A DNA stretch of 24,000 nt from Pseudomonadota bacterium (lineage in GTDB: Bacteria > Pseudomonadota > Gammaproteobacteria > Burkholderiales > JABEVD01), in contig JAJZVB010000003.1 of NCBI GenBank assembly GCA_021845885.1, positions 11,785-35,784 on the forward strand, read 5' to 3'. The position numbers and the translations under genes are program-made. The notes beneath the pieces are model-generated. The model was not told the origin of the DNA, made no database searches, and saw only the letters and a list, made by a program, of their open reading frames with translations. Numbering within the stretch: position 1 is the first letter of the stretch; each line of letters begins with the position of its first letter. This document shows, piece by piece, positions 1-9,327 of this stretch.

Positions 1-3000
1 TCGACCGCTAGAAAGCCCGCCCGGTCGAATGCCGCAGCCATTTCGACATGCCCGTTGACGCCCTGTTCGCGAAGAATCGCAACCCTGGGTCTTTCCAGAT
101 GGATGAAAGGCAGCGCGACATCTTCTTCGGGGTCGAAGGTGAGGCGGGCATGCAGCCCCGGGTCATGGATATCCAGCAGATTGTCGTATTCCTCCAGAGC
201 GCAATCCGGATTGTCCCTGAGCTTTTGCATCTGGTAGGTCGTCTCCGACCAGGCTCTGCGGAGGTCGACTCTTTTCTCGCTGAAAATCAGGGCTTCCCCG
301 TTCATGATGACCAGCCTGTCTTCGTTGTTCGTGGATCCGATCACATGGACCAGCTTGGCAAGACCGGCTTCCATGAACGTATCCAGGACACCGGCAAGAT
401 CCTCGTTCCTGACCTGGACAACCGCCCCCAGTTCCTCGTTGAACAGCACTTCGAAAATGCAGTTGCGTTTTTCTGCGTGATGCATGGCCTCGACGAGCTT
501 CGTCTCGATGCGGGTTTTTTCGATATCGATGCTGATTCCGACATGCCCCGCGAAGCTCATTTCGCAAAGCGTGACGAAAAGGCCGCCATCGGAACGGTCA
601 TGATAGGCGAGCAGTCTGCCTTCCCCGTTCAGCTTCTGGATGGCCGCGAAAAAGGCCTTCACCCGGATCGCATCGTCCAGGTCCGGGCAGGCATCGCCGA
701 TTTGCCCGTAAACCTGGGCCAGGATCGATCCGCCGAGCCGGCTTTTACCCCCGCCGAGATCGACAAGGATCAGCGTGGTGTCCCCGGCATGCAACTGGGG
801 CGTGAGCGTCTTCGCCGCGTCGGACACGGGGGCGAAAGCCGAAACGATGAGCGAAAGCGGGGCGACGACCGCCTTTTCCCGGCCCGAATCGTCGCGCCAG
901 GCTGTCTTCATCGACATCGAGTCCTTCCCGACAGGAATGCTGATGCCAAGATGCGGGCAAAGCTCCATGGCGACGGCCCTGACCGTGTCGAAAAGCGCGG
1001 CATCCTCGCCGGGATGGCCGCTTGCCGCCATCCAGTTCGCGGAAAGCTTGATCGCCCCCATTTCTTCTATCCTGGCCGCGGCGATGTTCGTGATCGCTTC
1101 TCCGACAGCCATTCGGCCGGAGGCGGCAGGGTTGATCAGCGCAATCGGCGAACGCTCCCCGATGGCGAAGGCGTTCCCATGGCACGATTCGAAATCGGAC
1201 AGGATGACCGCGACATCGGCAACGGGAACCTGCCAGGGCCCGACCATCTGGTCCCTCGCGGTCAATCCGCCGACCGTCCTGTCGCCTATCGCGATCAGAA
1301 AGGTCTTGTCGGCGACGGAAGGCGCTTTCAATACGCGATAGGCGGCGTCTTTCAGATCGAGATTCTCGGCATTGAAGGGGGGCGGGGTCGGATTCCTGCG
1401 CGAGACGTTTTTCGTCATTCTGGGCGGCTTGCCGAGGAGAACGGAAAGCGGCATGTCGACGGGATGATTGCCGAAAAAGGGATCGGTGATCTCGAGCCGC
1501 TCGTTCAATGTCGCTTTTCCGATCACGGCAAAGGGGCAGCGTTCCCTTTCGCAGAGGGAAGAGAAAAGGCCGAGATCTTCCGGGCTGATTGCGAGCACGT
1601 AGCGCTCCTGGGCTTCGTTGCACCAGAGCTGCATCGGGCTCATGCCGGGTTCCTCGTTCATGATGTCGCGAAGATTGATGCTTCCGCCCCGGTTGGATCC
1701 GTGGACGAGCTCGGGAACGGCATTGGAAAGCCCGCCCGCGCCGACGTCGTGAATGGACAGGATGGGGTTCCGATCGCCAAGCTGCCAGCACCGGTCGATG
1801 ACTTCCTGAGCCCTGCGCTGCATTTCCGGGTTGGCCCGCTGAACCGAATCGAAATCGAGGTGGATCGCATTGCTTCCCGTATTCATGCTGGACGCGGCAC
1901 CCCCTCCGAGGCCGATCAGCATGCCGGGGCCCCCGATCTGGATGAGCAGCGCATTTTCGGGGATTTCCCGCTTGAACGATTGATTCGCGGCTATGCTTCC
2001 CAATCCCCCGGCCAGCATGATCGGCTTGTGATAGCCACGCACTTCCCCTCCGACTTCCTGCTGGAAAGTCCTGAAATAACCTGAAAGATTGGGCCGCCCG
2101 AACTCGTTGTTGAAGGCGGCACCGCCTATCGGGCCTTCCAGCATGATCTGCAGGGACGATGCGATATGCCCTGGCCTGCCGTAATCGGCGTTCTCCCATG
2201 GCTGAAGAAATCCGGGAATGTCGAGGTTCGATACGGAAAACCCGGTGAGGCCGGCTTTGGGCTTGGATCCGCATCCCGTCGCCCCCTCGTCCCTTATCTC
2301 GCCGCCGGCGCCCGTCGCAGCGCCCGCATGGGGGGAGATCGCCGTGGGATGATTGTGCGTTTCCACCTTCATGATGACATGGGTCAGCTGGCTTTCACGC
2401 CGGTAGATGCCGTCACTTCTGGGAAAGAAGGGGGAAAATTGCCCGCCTTCCATGATGGCTGAATTGTCGCTGTAGGCGAGGACGGTGTGCTGCGGGTTCA
2501 TGCGATGGGTGTGGCGTATCATCGAAAACAGCGTGTGCGGCTGCGGCTCCCCGTCGATCACCCATTCGGCATTGAAAATCTTGTGGCGGCAGTGTTCGGA
2601 ATTGGCCTGCGCGAACATCATGAGTTCCGTATCGGTCGGATCGCGCTCCATGGCGCGGAAATGCTCGACGAGATAGTCTATCTCGTCGGGGGAAAGGGCG
2701 AGCCCCATGCGCGCGTTGGCCTCATCGAGCGCCGCAGTGCCGCCTGACAGGATGTCGACGGAGGAAAGCGGAGCGGGGTCGAACTTCCTGAAAAGCCTTT
2801 CCACATCGGAAAGCGAAAAAAAGACTTCTTCGGTCATCCTGTCGTGGATGAGCGGAAGCACTGGTTCTATTTTCGAAGGAGCGGGATTCATGGTGAAGGC
2901 AATGCCGCGCTCTATTCTTTCGATGAAGTCCAGTCCGCAATGCCTGGCGATGTCGGTGGCCTTCGAAGACCAGGGGGAGATGGTGCCGAGGCGGGGCGTG

Positions 3001-3236
3001 ATGAGCAGTATTTTTCCTTCGGGTTCCTGGTGCCCGGTTTCAGGACCGTATTCGAGCAGCTTTTCAAGGATCGCCATTTCAGCCGATGAAAGCTTTCTCG
3101 GGGAGGAGACGAAATGCCGGAATTCGGCATGGACGAAACTGATTTCAGGCATGAAGGCCCTGATCGAGCGGAGCAGCTTGCTCACCCTGAAGTCTGAAAG
3201 GGCGCGGCAACCGCGCAGCATGAAGAATTCGGACAT
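1..3236 (-). CDS. purL: Phosphoribosylformylglycinamidine synthase (large single-chain PurL), 5' ~1078 codons; C-terminus lies beyond the left window edge
   Basis: The minus-strand frame is open from ATG at 3236..3234 to the window edge. It has no stop in the window, which is why it is absent from the ORF track. My translation starts [28 protein letters not shown] (compare E. coli PurL [20 protein letters not shown]). Internal motifs include [14 protein letters not shown] and [15 protein letters not shown]. Near the left edge it reads [24 protein letters not shown], the start of the glutaminase domain. Confidence 0.95.
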   Translation of the reverse strand, partial: MSEFFMLRGCRALSDFRVSKLLRSIRAFMPEISFVHAEFRHFVSSPRKLSSAEMAILEKLLEYGPETGHQEPEGKILLITPRLGTISPWSSKATDIARHCGLDFIERIERGIAFTMNPAPSKIEPVLPLIHDRMTEEVFFSLSDVERLFRKFDPAPLSSVDILSGGTAALDEANARMGLALSPDEIDYLVEHFRAMERDPTDTELMMFAQANSEHCRHKIFNAEWVIDGEPQPHTLFSMIRHTHRMNPQHTVLAYSDNSAIMEGGQFSPFFPRSDGIYRRESQLTHVIMKVETHNHPTAISPHAGAATGAGGEIRDEGATGCGSKPKAGLTGFSVSNLDIPGFLQPWENADYGRPGHIASSLQIMLEGPIGGAAFNNEFGRPNLSGYFRTFQQEVGGEVRGYHKPIMLAGGLGSIAANQSFKREIPENALLIQIGGPGMLIGLGGGAASSMNTGSNAIHLDFDSVQRANPEMQRRAQEVIDRCWQLGDRNPILSIHDVGAGGLSNAVPELVHGSNRGGSINLRDIMNEEPGMSPMQLWCNEAQERYVLAISPEDLGLFSSLCERERCPFAVIGKATLNERLEITDPFFGNHPVDMPLSVLLGKPPRMTKNVSRRNPTPPPFNAENLDLKDAAYRVLKAPSVADKTFLIAIGDRTVGGLTARDQMVGPWQVPVADVAVILSDFESCHGNAFAIGERSPIALINPAASGRMAVGEAITNIAAARIEEMGAIKLSANWMAASGHPGEDAALFDTVRAVAMELCPHLGISIPVGKDSMSMKTAWRDDSGREKAVVAPLSLIVSAFAPVSDAAKTLTPQLHAGDTTLILVDLGGGKSRLGGSILAQVYGQIGDACPDLDDAIRVKAFFAAIQKLNGEGRLLAYHDRSDGGLFVTLCEMSFAGHVGISIDIEKTRIETKLVEAMHHAEKRNCIFEVLFNEELGAVVQVRNEDLAGVLDTFMEAGLAKLVHVIGSTNNEDRLVIMNGEALIFSEKRVDLRRAWSETTYQMQKLRDNPDCALEEYDNLLDIHDPGLHARLTFDPEEDVALPFIHLERPRVAILREQGVNGHVEMAAAFDRAGFLAV

Positions 3237-3266
3237 GAAAACGCTTCTGGCTATTGAATTGCATGT

Positions 3267-3272
3267 ATTATA
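3267..3272 (-). promoter_or_regulatory. Candidate -10 box (TATAAT on minus strand) for purL in the purL/nnr divergent 63-bp spacer
   Basis: Plus-strand attata at 3267-3272 reads TATAAT on the minus strand, about 30 nt upstream of the purL ATG. I saw no convincing -35. Confidence 0.3.
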
Positions 3273-3299
3273 TCGCAAGTTGCCCGCTCCATTTGGACC

Positions 3300-4757
3300 A
3301 TGAGAGATCTTGCCGACCTGTTCGAGCCTGTCTATTCCGCGAGTGAAATCGGGGAAATCGAGAATCTTGCCGCGGGTTCGCTCATGGAAAGGGCAGGACT
3401 CGCTGTTGCGGAATTCTCGGCGGAAGAGGCCAAAGGCAACAGGGCGCTCGTTCTGGCCGGACCCGGAAACAACGGGGGGGATGCGTTCGTCGCGGCCCGC
3501 CATCTGAAATCCTGGGGGTTCGATGTCGCGCTGGTTTTCGTCGGAGAAGAAAGCAGGCTTCCACGGGATGCCGCTCAGGCTTACCGTGCGTGGATCGATT
3601 CGGGCGGTGCTTGCCTTTTTGCTCTTTCCGAGGAAAAGAAATGGGATTTCGCGGTCGACGGGCTTTTCGGGACCGGACTCAAGCGGCCCGTTTCAGACGA
3701 ATATCGCGACCTCATCGGGAAGCTCAATTCGCTCGGGCTTCCCGTCTTTTCCATCGACGTGCCCAGCGGTATCGGTTCGGATACCGGGAAAATCCTGGGG
3801 ACTGCCGTGAATGCCGCGCATACCCTGACTTTCATCGGACTGAAGCCTGGCCTGCTCACCTCCGACGGGGTGGATCATTGCGGAAAGATCCACCTCGACA
3901 AGCTCGGGCTTTCCCCGATTGCTTTGAAGGCGCCCGGGGGATTCCTTTCCAATTCGAAGATATTGCGGGCAAGCTTCGGAAAAAGACCGAGAAACAGCCA
4001 CAAGGGCATGTTCGGCAGCACGGCGGTCATCGGCGGGGCGAAAGGCATGCTGGGCGCGGCGATCCTCGCCGCAAGGGCGGCCTTGAAGCTGGGGTCGGGA
4101 AGAGTGATCATGGCCTGCGACGTTCCGCTTGATCTCGTCCAGCCAGAAATCATGGTGGGCGACATCGAAGCATTGATGGATTCCTCGACAATTGTCGTCG
4201 GCCCCGGTCTTGGCAAGTCGCAATGGGCGATGGATATGCTGCGAAAGGCGATCGATTCGGAAAAAAGCCTCGTGATCGATGCCGATGCACTCAATCTGAT
4301 CGCATCATCCCAGACCCTCCAGCAAAGCCTCGCTTCGAGAAAGGGAGCGGCCCTCCTCACACCGCATCCCGCCGAAGCGGGAAGATTGCTGGGATGCACG
4401 GCAAAGGAAGTGCAGGAGGACAGGGTCGGCTGTGCGAAAGAGATTTCAAGCCGGTTCGGCTGTCCTGTCGTGCTGAAGGGCGCGGGCAGTCTTTGTGCAT
4501 TTCCCGATGGATATTGGGTGATCAATGCTTCGGGCAATCCGGGCCTTGCCCAGGCCGGCATGGGGGATGTGCTTTCAGGGATGATCGGGGCCTTCCTTTC
4601 CCAGGGACTGGCTCCTGACCGGGCGCTGCTTTGCGCCGTGCATCTGCATGGCGCTGCGGCGGACAGCCTGGCCGGGAAGGGAATCGGTCCGATCGGGATG
4701 GCGGCTTCCGAATTGATCGAGGAGGCGAGGGCGCTTCTGAACGGCTGCCTTCTCTGA
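3300..4757 (+). CDS. nnr: Bifunctional NAD(P)H-hydrate repair enzyme (N-terminal epimerase plus C-terminal ADP-dependent dehydratase; YjeF family)
   Basis: 485-aa ORF. The YjeF_N signature [20 protein letters not shown] is present. The C-terminal carbohydrate-kinase-like half has [34 protein letters not shown] and [16 protein letters not shown]. Confidence 0.93.
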   Translation: MRDLADLFEPVYSASEIGEIENLAAGSLMERAGLAVAEFSAEEAKGNRALVLAGPGNNGGDAFVAARHLKSWGFDVALVFVGEESRLPRDAAQAYRAWIDSGGACLFALSEEKKWDFAVDGLFGTGLKRPVSDEYRDLIGKLNSLGLPVFSIDVPSGIGSDTGKILGTAVNAAHTLTFIGLKPGLLTSDGVDHCGKIHLDKLGLSPIALKAPGGFLSNSKILRASFGKRPRNSHKGMFGSTAVIGGAKGMLGAAILAARAALKLGSGRVIMACDVPLDLVQPEIMVGDIEALMDSSTIVVGPGLGKSQWAMDMLRKAIDSEKSLVIDADALNLIASSQTLQQSLASRKGAALLTPHPAEAGRLLGCTAKEVQEDRVGCAKEISSRFGCPVVLKGAGSLCAFPDGYWVINASGNPGLAQAGMGDVLSGMIGAFLSQGLAPDRALLCAVHLHGAAADSLAGKGIGPIGMAASELIEEARALLNGCLL

Positions 4758-4786
4758 AAGCATTTCTTGAGCGGGGCATTGAAAGC

Positions 4787-4792
4787 TATAAT
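4787..4792 (+). promoter_or_regulatory. Candidate -10 box (TATAAT) for mlaA and the downstream ATPase
   Basis: A perfect TATAAT lies in the 63-bp nnr-mlaA spacer, 29 nt upstream of ATG 4821. The -35 is poor (TTCTTG at 17 nt). Confidence 0.35.
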
Positions 4793-4820
4793 ATGCCGAA
4801 CCAGTACGATAAATAAGACA

Positions 4821-5525
4821 ATGAAATTATTTGCCCTGATCATGATGCTAGCGCTCGCCGGCTGCGCCACGCCCTATAACCGCAAGGATCCGCTTGAACC
4901 GCTCAACCGCAAGATATACCAGTTCAACGATACCGTGGACAAGGCCGTTATCAAGCCGGTTGCAAAAGGATATGAATCGGCCGTGCCGCTGTTCATGAGG
5001 GTGATGATCGGCGATTTCTTTTCGAACCTTGACGATGTGGTCGTATTCGTCAACGACATTCTGCAGCTGAAAGGCGTTCAGGCGGTCTCGGATGCAGGCA
5101 GGGTATTCCTCAATTCGACGATCGGGTTCGCCGGTCTTGTCGATGTCGCAACGCCTGCAGGATATCCCAAGCACAACGAAGATTTCGGGCAGACCCTTGG
5201 GCATTGGGGGGTGGCGAGCGGCCCCTATCTGGTGCTTCCCTTTCTCGGCCCCAGCGATTTCAGGGACGGGCTGGGCACGGTCGTCGACTGGCAGTTCTAT
5301 CCGCTATATAGAACAACCGATGTAGCAAGGAGAAACAGCCTGACCGTGCTCAACGGCGTGGACAAACGCGCCGATCTTCTGAACACCGAGAATATCATGA
5401 TGCAGGCTGCGCTCGACCCCTACCTGTTCATTCGTGACGCCTACCTGCAGCATCGCAGGAGCCTGGTATACGACGGCAATCCCCCGATGGAAGACGAAGG
5501 GGATGATCCTTCAGACGAAAAATAA
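4821..5525 (+). CDS. mlaA: MlaA/VacJ-family outer-membrane lipoprotein (phospholipid asymmetry maintenance)
   Basis: MKLFALIMMLALAGCATP gives a signal peptide with lipobox LAGC. VacJ motifs are present: DPLEPLNRKIYQFNDTVDKAVIKPVAKGY and FFSNLDDVVVFVNDILQLKG. The start is placed at ATG 4821 rather than the track start 4767, because that puts the lipobox at the normal distance and lies downstream of a TATAAT at 4787-4792. Confidence 0.9.
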   Translation: MKLFALIMMLALAGCATPYNRKDPLEPLNRKIYQFNDTVDKAVIKPVAKGYESAVPLFMRVMIGDFFSNLDDVVVFVNDILQLKGVQAVSDAGRVFLNSTIGFAGLVDVATPAGYPKHNEDFGQTLGHWGVASGPYLVLPFLGPSDFRDGLGTVVDWQFYPLYRTTDVARRNSLTVLNGVDKRADLLNTENIMMQAALDPYLFIRDAYLQHRRSLVYDGNPPMEDEGDDPSDEK

Positions 5526-7936
5526 TGAAGAGCGGGGCGAAATCGATTCGAAGCGAGGAGGGCATGGAGCCGCTCAAATGGCCCGCCCCTTTTCACTTCA
5601 GATTCGAGGAAGAACCCGAGGGTGTCGCAAGCGAACCCTGCCTGATCCTGTACAACGACGGCAAGGAATTGCTGGGTGACCTGGAGCGATTCTCGCCTGA
5701 AGAAGGTTTCCTGAAAGTGGTTTTTGGAAACGATGTCTCGATTGTCAGGCTGCAGACCGTCAATCAGCTTCGCCTGGTTCGACCCGTCCGCCTCGAAAGA
5801 AGCCTGGATTGGCCCGGCCTCGACGAGGACGGCATTTTCCAGCCTTCGGAGAAACAGCCCTTTTCAGTGAAATTCACGGGCGGAAAGGAACTTTCCGGGG
5901 AAACGATCGGTTTCGTGGCGGGGAAATCCGGACTCTATCTTTTCCAGGCCAATGCTGCGGACGCCGTTGAGCGCTATTTTCTGCCGGCGCAATCGGTGGA
6001 AAGCTACCGGATCGGGGATGCCATCGGCCAAATGCTCATCGACGAGCATGTCGCAACCGAAATCGACATCCGCGCCGGGCTCGACGAGCAGCAGAAGCTG
6101 CGCTCGCAGCGCATCGGCGAGTACCTGACCGGCGAACAGATCGTCACCCCGGAGCAGCTGGTCACGGCGCTGAAGCGTCAGCAGGCCGGTTCCAACCTGA
6201 GGCTGGGGGATGCGTTGATCCAGGAAAAGCTGATCACGCCCGAGCAGCTGGAAGAGGCACTCTCCCGCCAAAGGAACGACAGGAAAAAGGCGCTGGGGGA
6301 AATCCTCATCGGCATGGGCATCGTCGATGAAGATACGGTCAAGCGAATGCTCGCGAAGAAGCTCGGGATCCCATTCGTCAATGTTTGCAAATTCCGCGTC
6401 GACCTCAATACCATCCAGCTGGTTCCCGCCAGTTTCGTTTCCAAATATACCATCCTGCCGCTTTATAAAACGGACAAGACGCTGATCGTCGCCATGGAAG
6501 ATCCCATGAATTGGGCGCCGCTGGACGAACTTCGGTTCCTGACCAACATGAGCATCGCGCCGGTCATGGCGCTGCGCGAAGATATCCTGGTGGCCATCGA
6601 CCAGTATTACAAATCGAGGCCTGCCGGTCAGAAAATCGGCGATCTCGCCTCGGAACTGATGAGCGCCGAGGAAAAGGAGGAATTGCCTGAGGAAGCGGTC
6701 GCCGAGTCGGACAACACGCTCGTGAGGCTCGTCAACAAGATGGTCATCGATGCCTGCCATCAGGGCGCGTCCGACATCCATATCGAATCCTATCCGGGAA
6801 AGCGCAGCACAAGAGTCCGTTTCAGGAAGGACGGCTCGCTCGTCGATTATTTCGAGTTTCCGCCGAATTTCAGGAATGCGCTGATTTCGAGGATAAAGAT
6901 CATGGCGAAGCTGAACATTTCCGAAAAGCGCAGGCCCCAGGACGGGAAAATAGAGATGATTCCGCAGGAAGGGGGGAGAATCGAGCTCAGGGTGGCGACC
7001 GTGCCGACGGCCAACGGCCTCGAGGATATCGTCTTGCGCGTGTTGGCCGCGGCAAAGGCCATCCCGATTGACGACCTGGATCTTGCTCCCGACATGCTGG
7101 TCAAGGTGAAAAATCTGGTGAAAAAACCCTATGGCCTTTTCCTGATTTGCGGCCCCACGGGTTCGGGAAAGACGACCACGCTGCATTCCGTGCTCGGCTA
7201 CATCAACACGCACGACCGGAAGATCTGGACGGCGGAAGACCCTGTCGAAATCACGCAGGACGGCTTGCGCCAGGTGCAGGTCAATGCCAATATCGGCTGG
7301 ACTTTCGCAGCGGCGATGCGCAGCTTCCTCAGGGCGGATCCCGACATCATCATGGTCGGAGAAATGCGGGATGCCGAAACGGCCAAGATCGGCATCGAGG
7401 CTTCCCTGACGGGCCATCTCGTGTTTTCGACCCTGCACACCAACAGCGCGCCCGAGAGCATGGTGAGATTGCTCGACATGGGCATGGATCCCTTCAATTT
7501 TTCCGATGCCCTGCTCGGCATATTGGCGCAGCGCCTGGCGAAACGCTGCTGCAGGCATTGCAGAAAGACGTACCGGGCGTCGGGCGGCGAAATCCATGAA
7601 CTGGCTCAGGAATATTGTCTGGGCACCCAGCTCGATCCCAAAGCGGTCTATCAGGAGTGGCTGAAAAAATATTCCGGCCCGGGCGGAGCGTTTTCCCTGT
7701 CGGCGGCAAACGGGTGTGTGGAATGCAACGGCACGGGATACAAGGGAAGGATAGGATTGCACGAGTTCCTCGAGGCAACGCCGGCCGTCAAGAAGCCGAT
7801 CCAGAGCAGGGCAACGGTCGAGGCACTGGTGAATGTGGCGATCAGCCAGGGCATGCGCACGCTGAAGCAGGACGGCATACAGAAGATCCTGCAGGGGCAC
7901 ACCGACATTCACCAGATCAGGGCGGTCTGCAGTTAG
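5525..7936 (+). CDS. GspE/PilB-family (type II secretion / type IV pilus) hexameric ATPase with an extended N-terminus: a duplicated module followed by MshEN-like repeats
   Basis: Walker A is GPTGSGKTTTL (DNA 7151-7177). Also present are IIMVGEMRDAETA (Walker B/Asp box), the His box TGHLVFSTLHTNSA, and a tetracysteine motif CRHC...CVECNGTGYKGRIGLHEF. The N-terminal ~290 aa is non-catalytic. The start is either ATG 5525 (overlapping the mlaA stop as TAATG) or ATG 5564 (preceded by GAGGAGGGC). Confidence 0.9.
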   Translation: MKSGAKSIRSEEGMEPLKWPAPFHFRFEEEPEGVASEPCLILYNDGKELLGDLERFSPEEGFLKVVFGNDVSIVRLQTVNQLRLVRPVRLERSLDWPGLDEDGIFQPSEKQPFSVKFTGGKELSGETIGFVAGKSGLYLFQANAADAVERYFLPAQSVESYRIGDAIGQMLIDEHVATEIDIRAGLDEQQKLRSQRIGEYLTGEQIVTPEQLVTALKRQQAGSNLRLGDALIQEKLITPEQLEEALSRQRNDRKKALGEILIGMGIVDEDTVKRMLAKKLGIPFVNVCKFRVDLNTIQLVPASFVSKYTILPLYKTDKTLIVAMEDPMNWAPLDELRFLTNMSIAPVMALREDILVAIDQYYKSRPAGQKIGDLASELMSAEEKEELPEEAVAESDNTLVRLVNKMVIDACHQGASDIHIESYPGKRSTRVRFRKDGSLVDYFEFPPNFRNALISRIKIMAKLNISEKRRPQDGKIEMIPQEGGRIELRVATVPTANGLEDIVLRVLAAAKAIPIDDLDLAPDMLVKVKNLVKKPYGLFLICGPTGSGKTTTLHSVLGYINTHDRKIWTAEDPVEITQDGLRQVQVNANIGWTFAAAMRSFLRADPDIIMVGEMRDAETAKIGIEASLTGHLVFSTLHTNSAPESMVRLLDMGMDPFNFSDALLGILAQRLAKRCCRHCRKTYRASGGEIHELAQEYCLGTQLDPKAVYQEWLKKYSGPGGAFSLSAANGCVECNGTGYKGRIGLHEFLEATPAVKKPIQSRATVEALVNVAISQGMRTLKQDGIQKILQGHTDIHQIRAVCS

Positions 7937-9321
7937 AGCCTTTCCGTCGCGTAGTCGGCGAGCCTCGATCGCTCCCCGCGCTGCAGGGTGACGTGCCCGC
8001 CGTGTGGCCATCCCTTGAACCGGTCCACGACATAGGTCAGCCCCGAACTGCCCTCGGTCAGATAGGGCGTATCGATCTGCGAAATGTTGCCCAGGCAAAC
8101 GACTTTCGTTCCGGGGCCCGCGCGGGTGATCAAGGTTTTCATCTGCTTCGGGGTGAGGTTCTGGACCTCGTCTATGATCAGGAACTTGCTGAGGAAAGTC
8201 CTTCCCCGCATGAAATTCAGGGATTTCACCTTGATCCTGGAGCGGATGAGGTCGTGGGTGGCGATGCGCCCCCAGTCGCCGCCTTCCTCGTCGGACTTGT
8301 TGAGCACGTCGAGATTGTCTTCGAGCGCCCCCATCCAGGGGCCCATTTTTTCTTCCTCGGTTCCGGGCAAGAATCCGATGTCTTCGCCCACGGGAATGGT
8401 GACGCGCGTCATGATGATTTCGGAATAGATCTTCAGTTCTATCGTCTGCATCAATGCCGAGGCGAGCGTCAGGAGCGTTTTTCCCGTCCCGGCCTGGCCG
8501 AGCAGCGTCACGAAATCGATATCGGGATCCATGAGCAGATTCAATGCGAAATTCTGCTCCCTGTTCCGCGCGGAAATGCCCCAGACGCTGTTCTTCTGGT
8601 GGGTGTAATCCTTGACGGTTTCAAGAACGACCGAGCGATCGTCCTGTTCCCTCACCCTCGCATAAAAGGGTTGGGAAGTTTCCTGATAGACGAATTCGTT
8701 GGTATGCAGGCTCGCGCAAAGCGGTCCCCTGATCCGGTAGAAGGTATGGCCGGCATCCTTCCAGGACTCGATTTCGCCGCCATGCGATTCCCAGAAGTCC
8801 TGGGGCAATTCGCGCACGCCGGTATAAAGCAGGTCGGTGTCTTCCAGCACCTTGTCGTTGAAATAATCCTCCGCTTCGACCCCTATCGCGCGGGCCTTGA
8901 TCCTCATGTTGATGTCCTTGCTGACGAGGATGACGGATCGGTGCTCGAATTTCTTTCTGAGATGGAGGGTGACGCCGAGGATCTGGTTGTCCGCCTTCAA
9001 TCCGGGCAGGGATGCGGGCAGCGACTCTTCTATGGCATTGGTCTGGAGGAAAAGCCTGCCCGTTGCCGTTTTGGATCCGTGGGTGGCGAGCGTTATCCCT
9101 TCGTCGATATCCGTCATGGCCCGGCTCACGATTTCATCGAGGAACCGGCTTGCCTGGCGGGCATTGCGGGCGACTTCCGACATGCCTTTCTTGTTGTTGT
9201 CGAGTTCTTCGAGCGTGGCCATGGGAAGGTAAATGTCATGCTCCTCGAAACGGAAAAGGCTCGTGGGATCATGCATCAATACATTGGTGTCGAGCACGAA
9301 CAGCTTGGTATATTTCGCCAT
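7933..9321 (-). CDS. PhoH-family ATPase with N-terminal PIN domain (YlaK/PhoH-like)
   Basis: 462 aa. The PIN-like N-terminus is KLFVLDTNVLMHDPTSLFRFEEHDIYLPMATLEELD. The Walker A is LLGQAGTGKTLLTLA, followed by the PhoH C-terminal region LIIDEVQNLTPKQMKTLITRAGPGTKVVCLGNISQID. Confidence 0.9.
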   Translation of the reverse strand: MAKYTKLFVLDTNVLMHDPTSLFRFEEHDIYLPMATLEELDNNKKGMSEVARNARQASRFLDEIVSRAMTDIDEGITLATHGSKTATGRLFLQTNAIEESLPASLPGLKADNQILGVTLHLRKKFEHRSVILVSKDINMRIKARAIGVEAEDYFNDKVLEDTDLLYTGVRELPQDFWESHGGEIESWKDAGHTFYRIRGPLCASLHTNEFVYQETSQPFYARVREQDDRSVVLETVKDYTHQKNSVWGISARNREQNFALNLLMDPDIDFVTLLGQAGTGKTLLTLASALMQTIELKIYSEIIMTRVTIPVGEDIGFLPGTEEEKMGPWMGALEDNLDVLNKSDEEGGDWGRIATHDLIRSRIKVKSLNFMRGRTFLSKFLIIDEVQNLTPKQMKTLITRAGPGTKVVCLGNISQIDTPYLTEGSSGLTYVVDRFKGWPHGGHVTLQRGERSRLADYATERL

Positions 9322-9327
9322 TATATT

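Noticed and set aside
48-2084. 678-aa plus-strand ORF, together with the 509-aa minus-strand ORF 745-2274, across the left 2 kb
   Set aside because: Both are Arg/Gly/Asp/Pro-rich with no recognisable motifs. They lie antisense to or out of frame with a clearly homologous purL frame that is open to the window edge. They are shadow ORFs of GC-rich codon usage.
3474-3480. G7 homopolymer as a possible phase-variation slippage tract
   Set aside because: It lies inside nnr and encodes the universally conserved GNNGGD motif. It is a housekeeping gene and the tract is short. There is no evidence of contingency-locus behaviour.
4767-4820. 5' extensions of ORF-track calls: mlaA from 4767, arnD to 13358, arnA decarboxylase to 14455, selD from 20297
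   Set aside because: The extensions are Arg-rich or non-homologous and overlap upstream genes or promoter elements. Internal ATGs at 4821, 13265, 14308 and 20393 restore the canonical N-termini, including the lipobox, ATGA coupling and the Rossmann GxxGxxG start.
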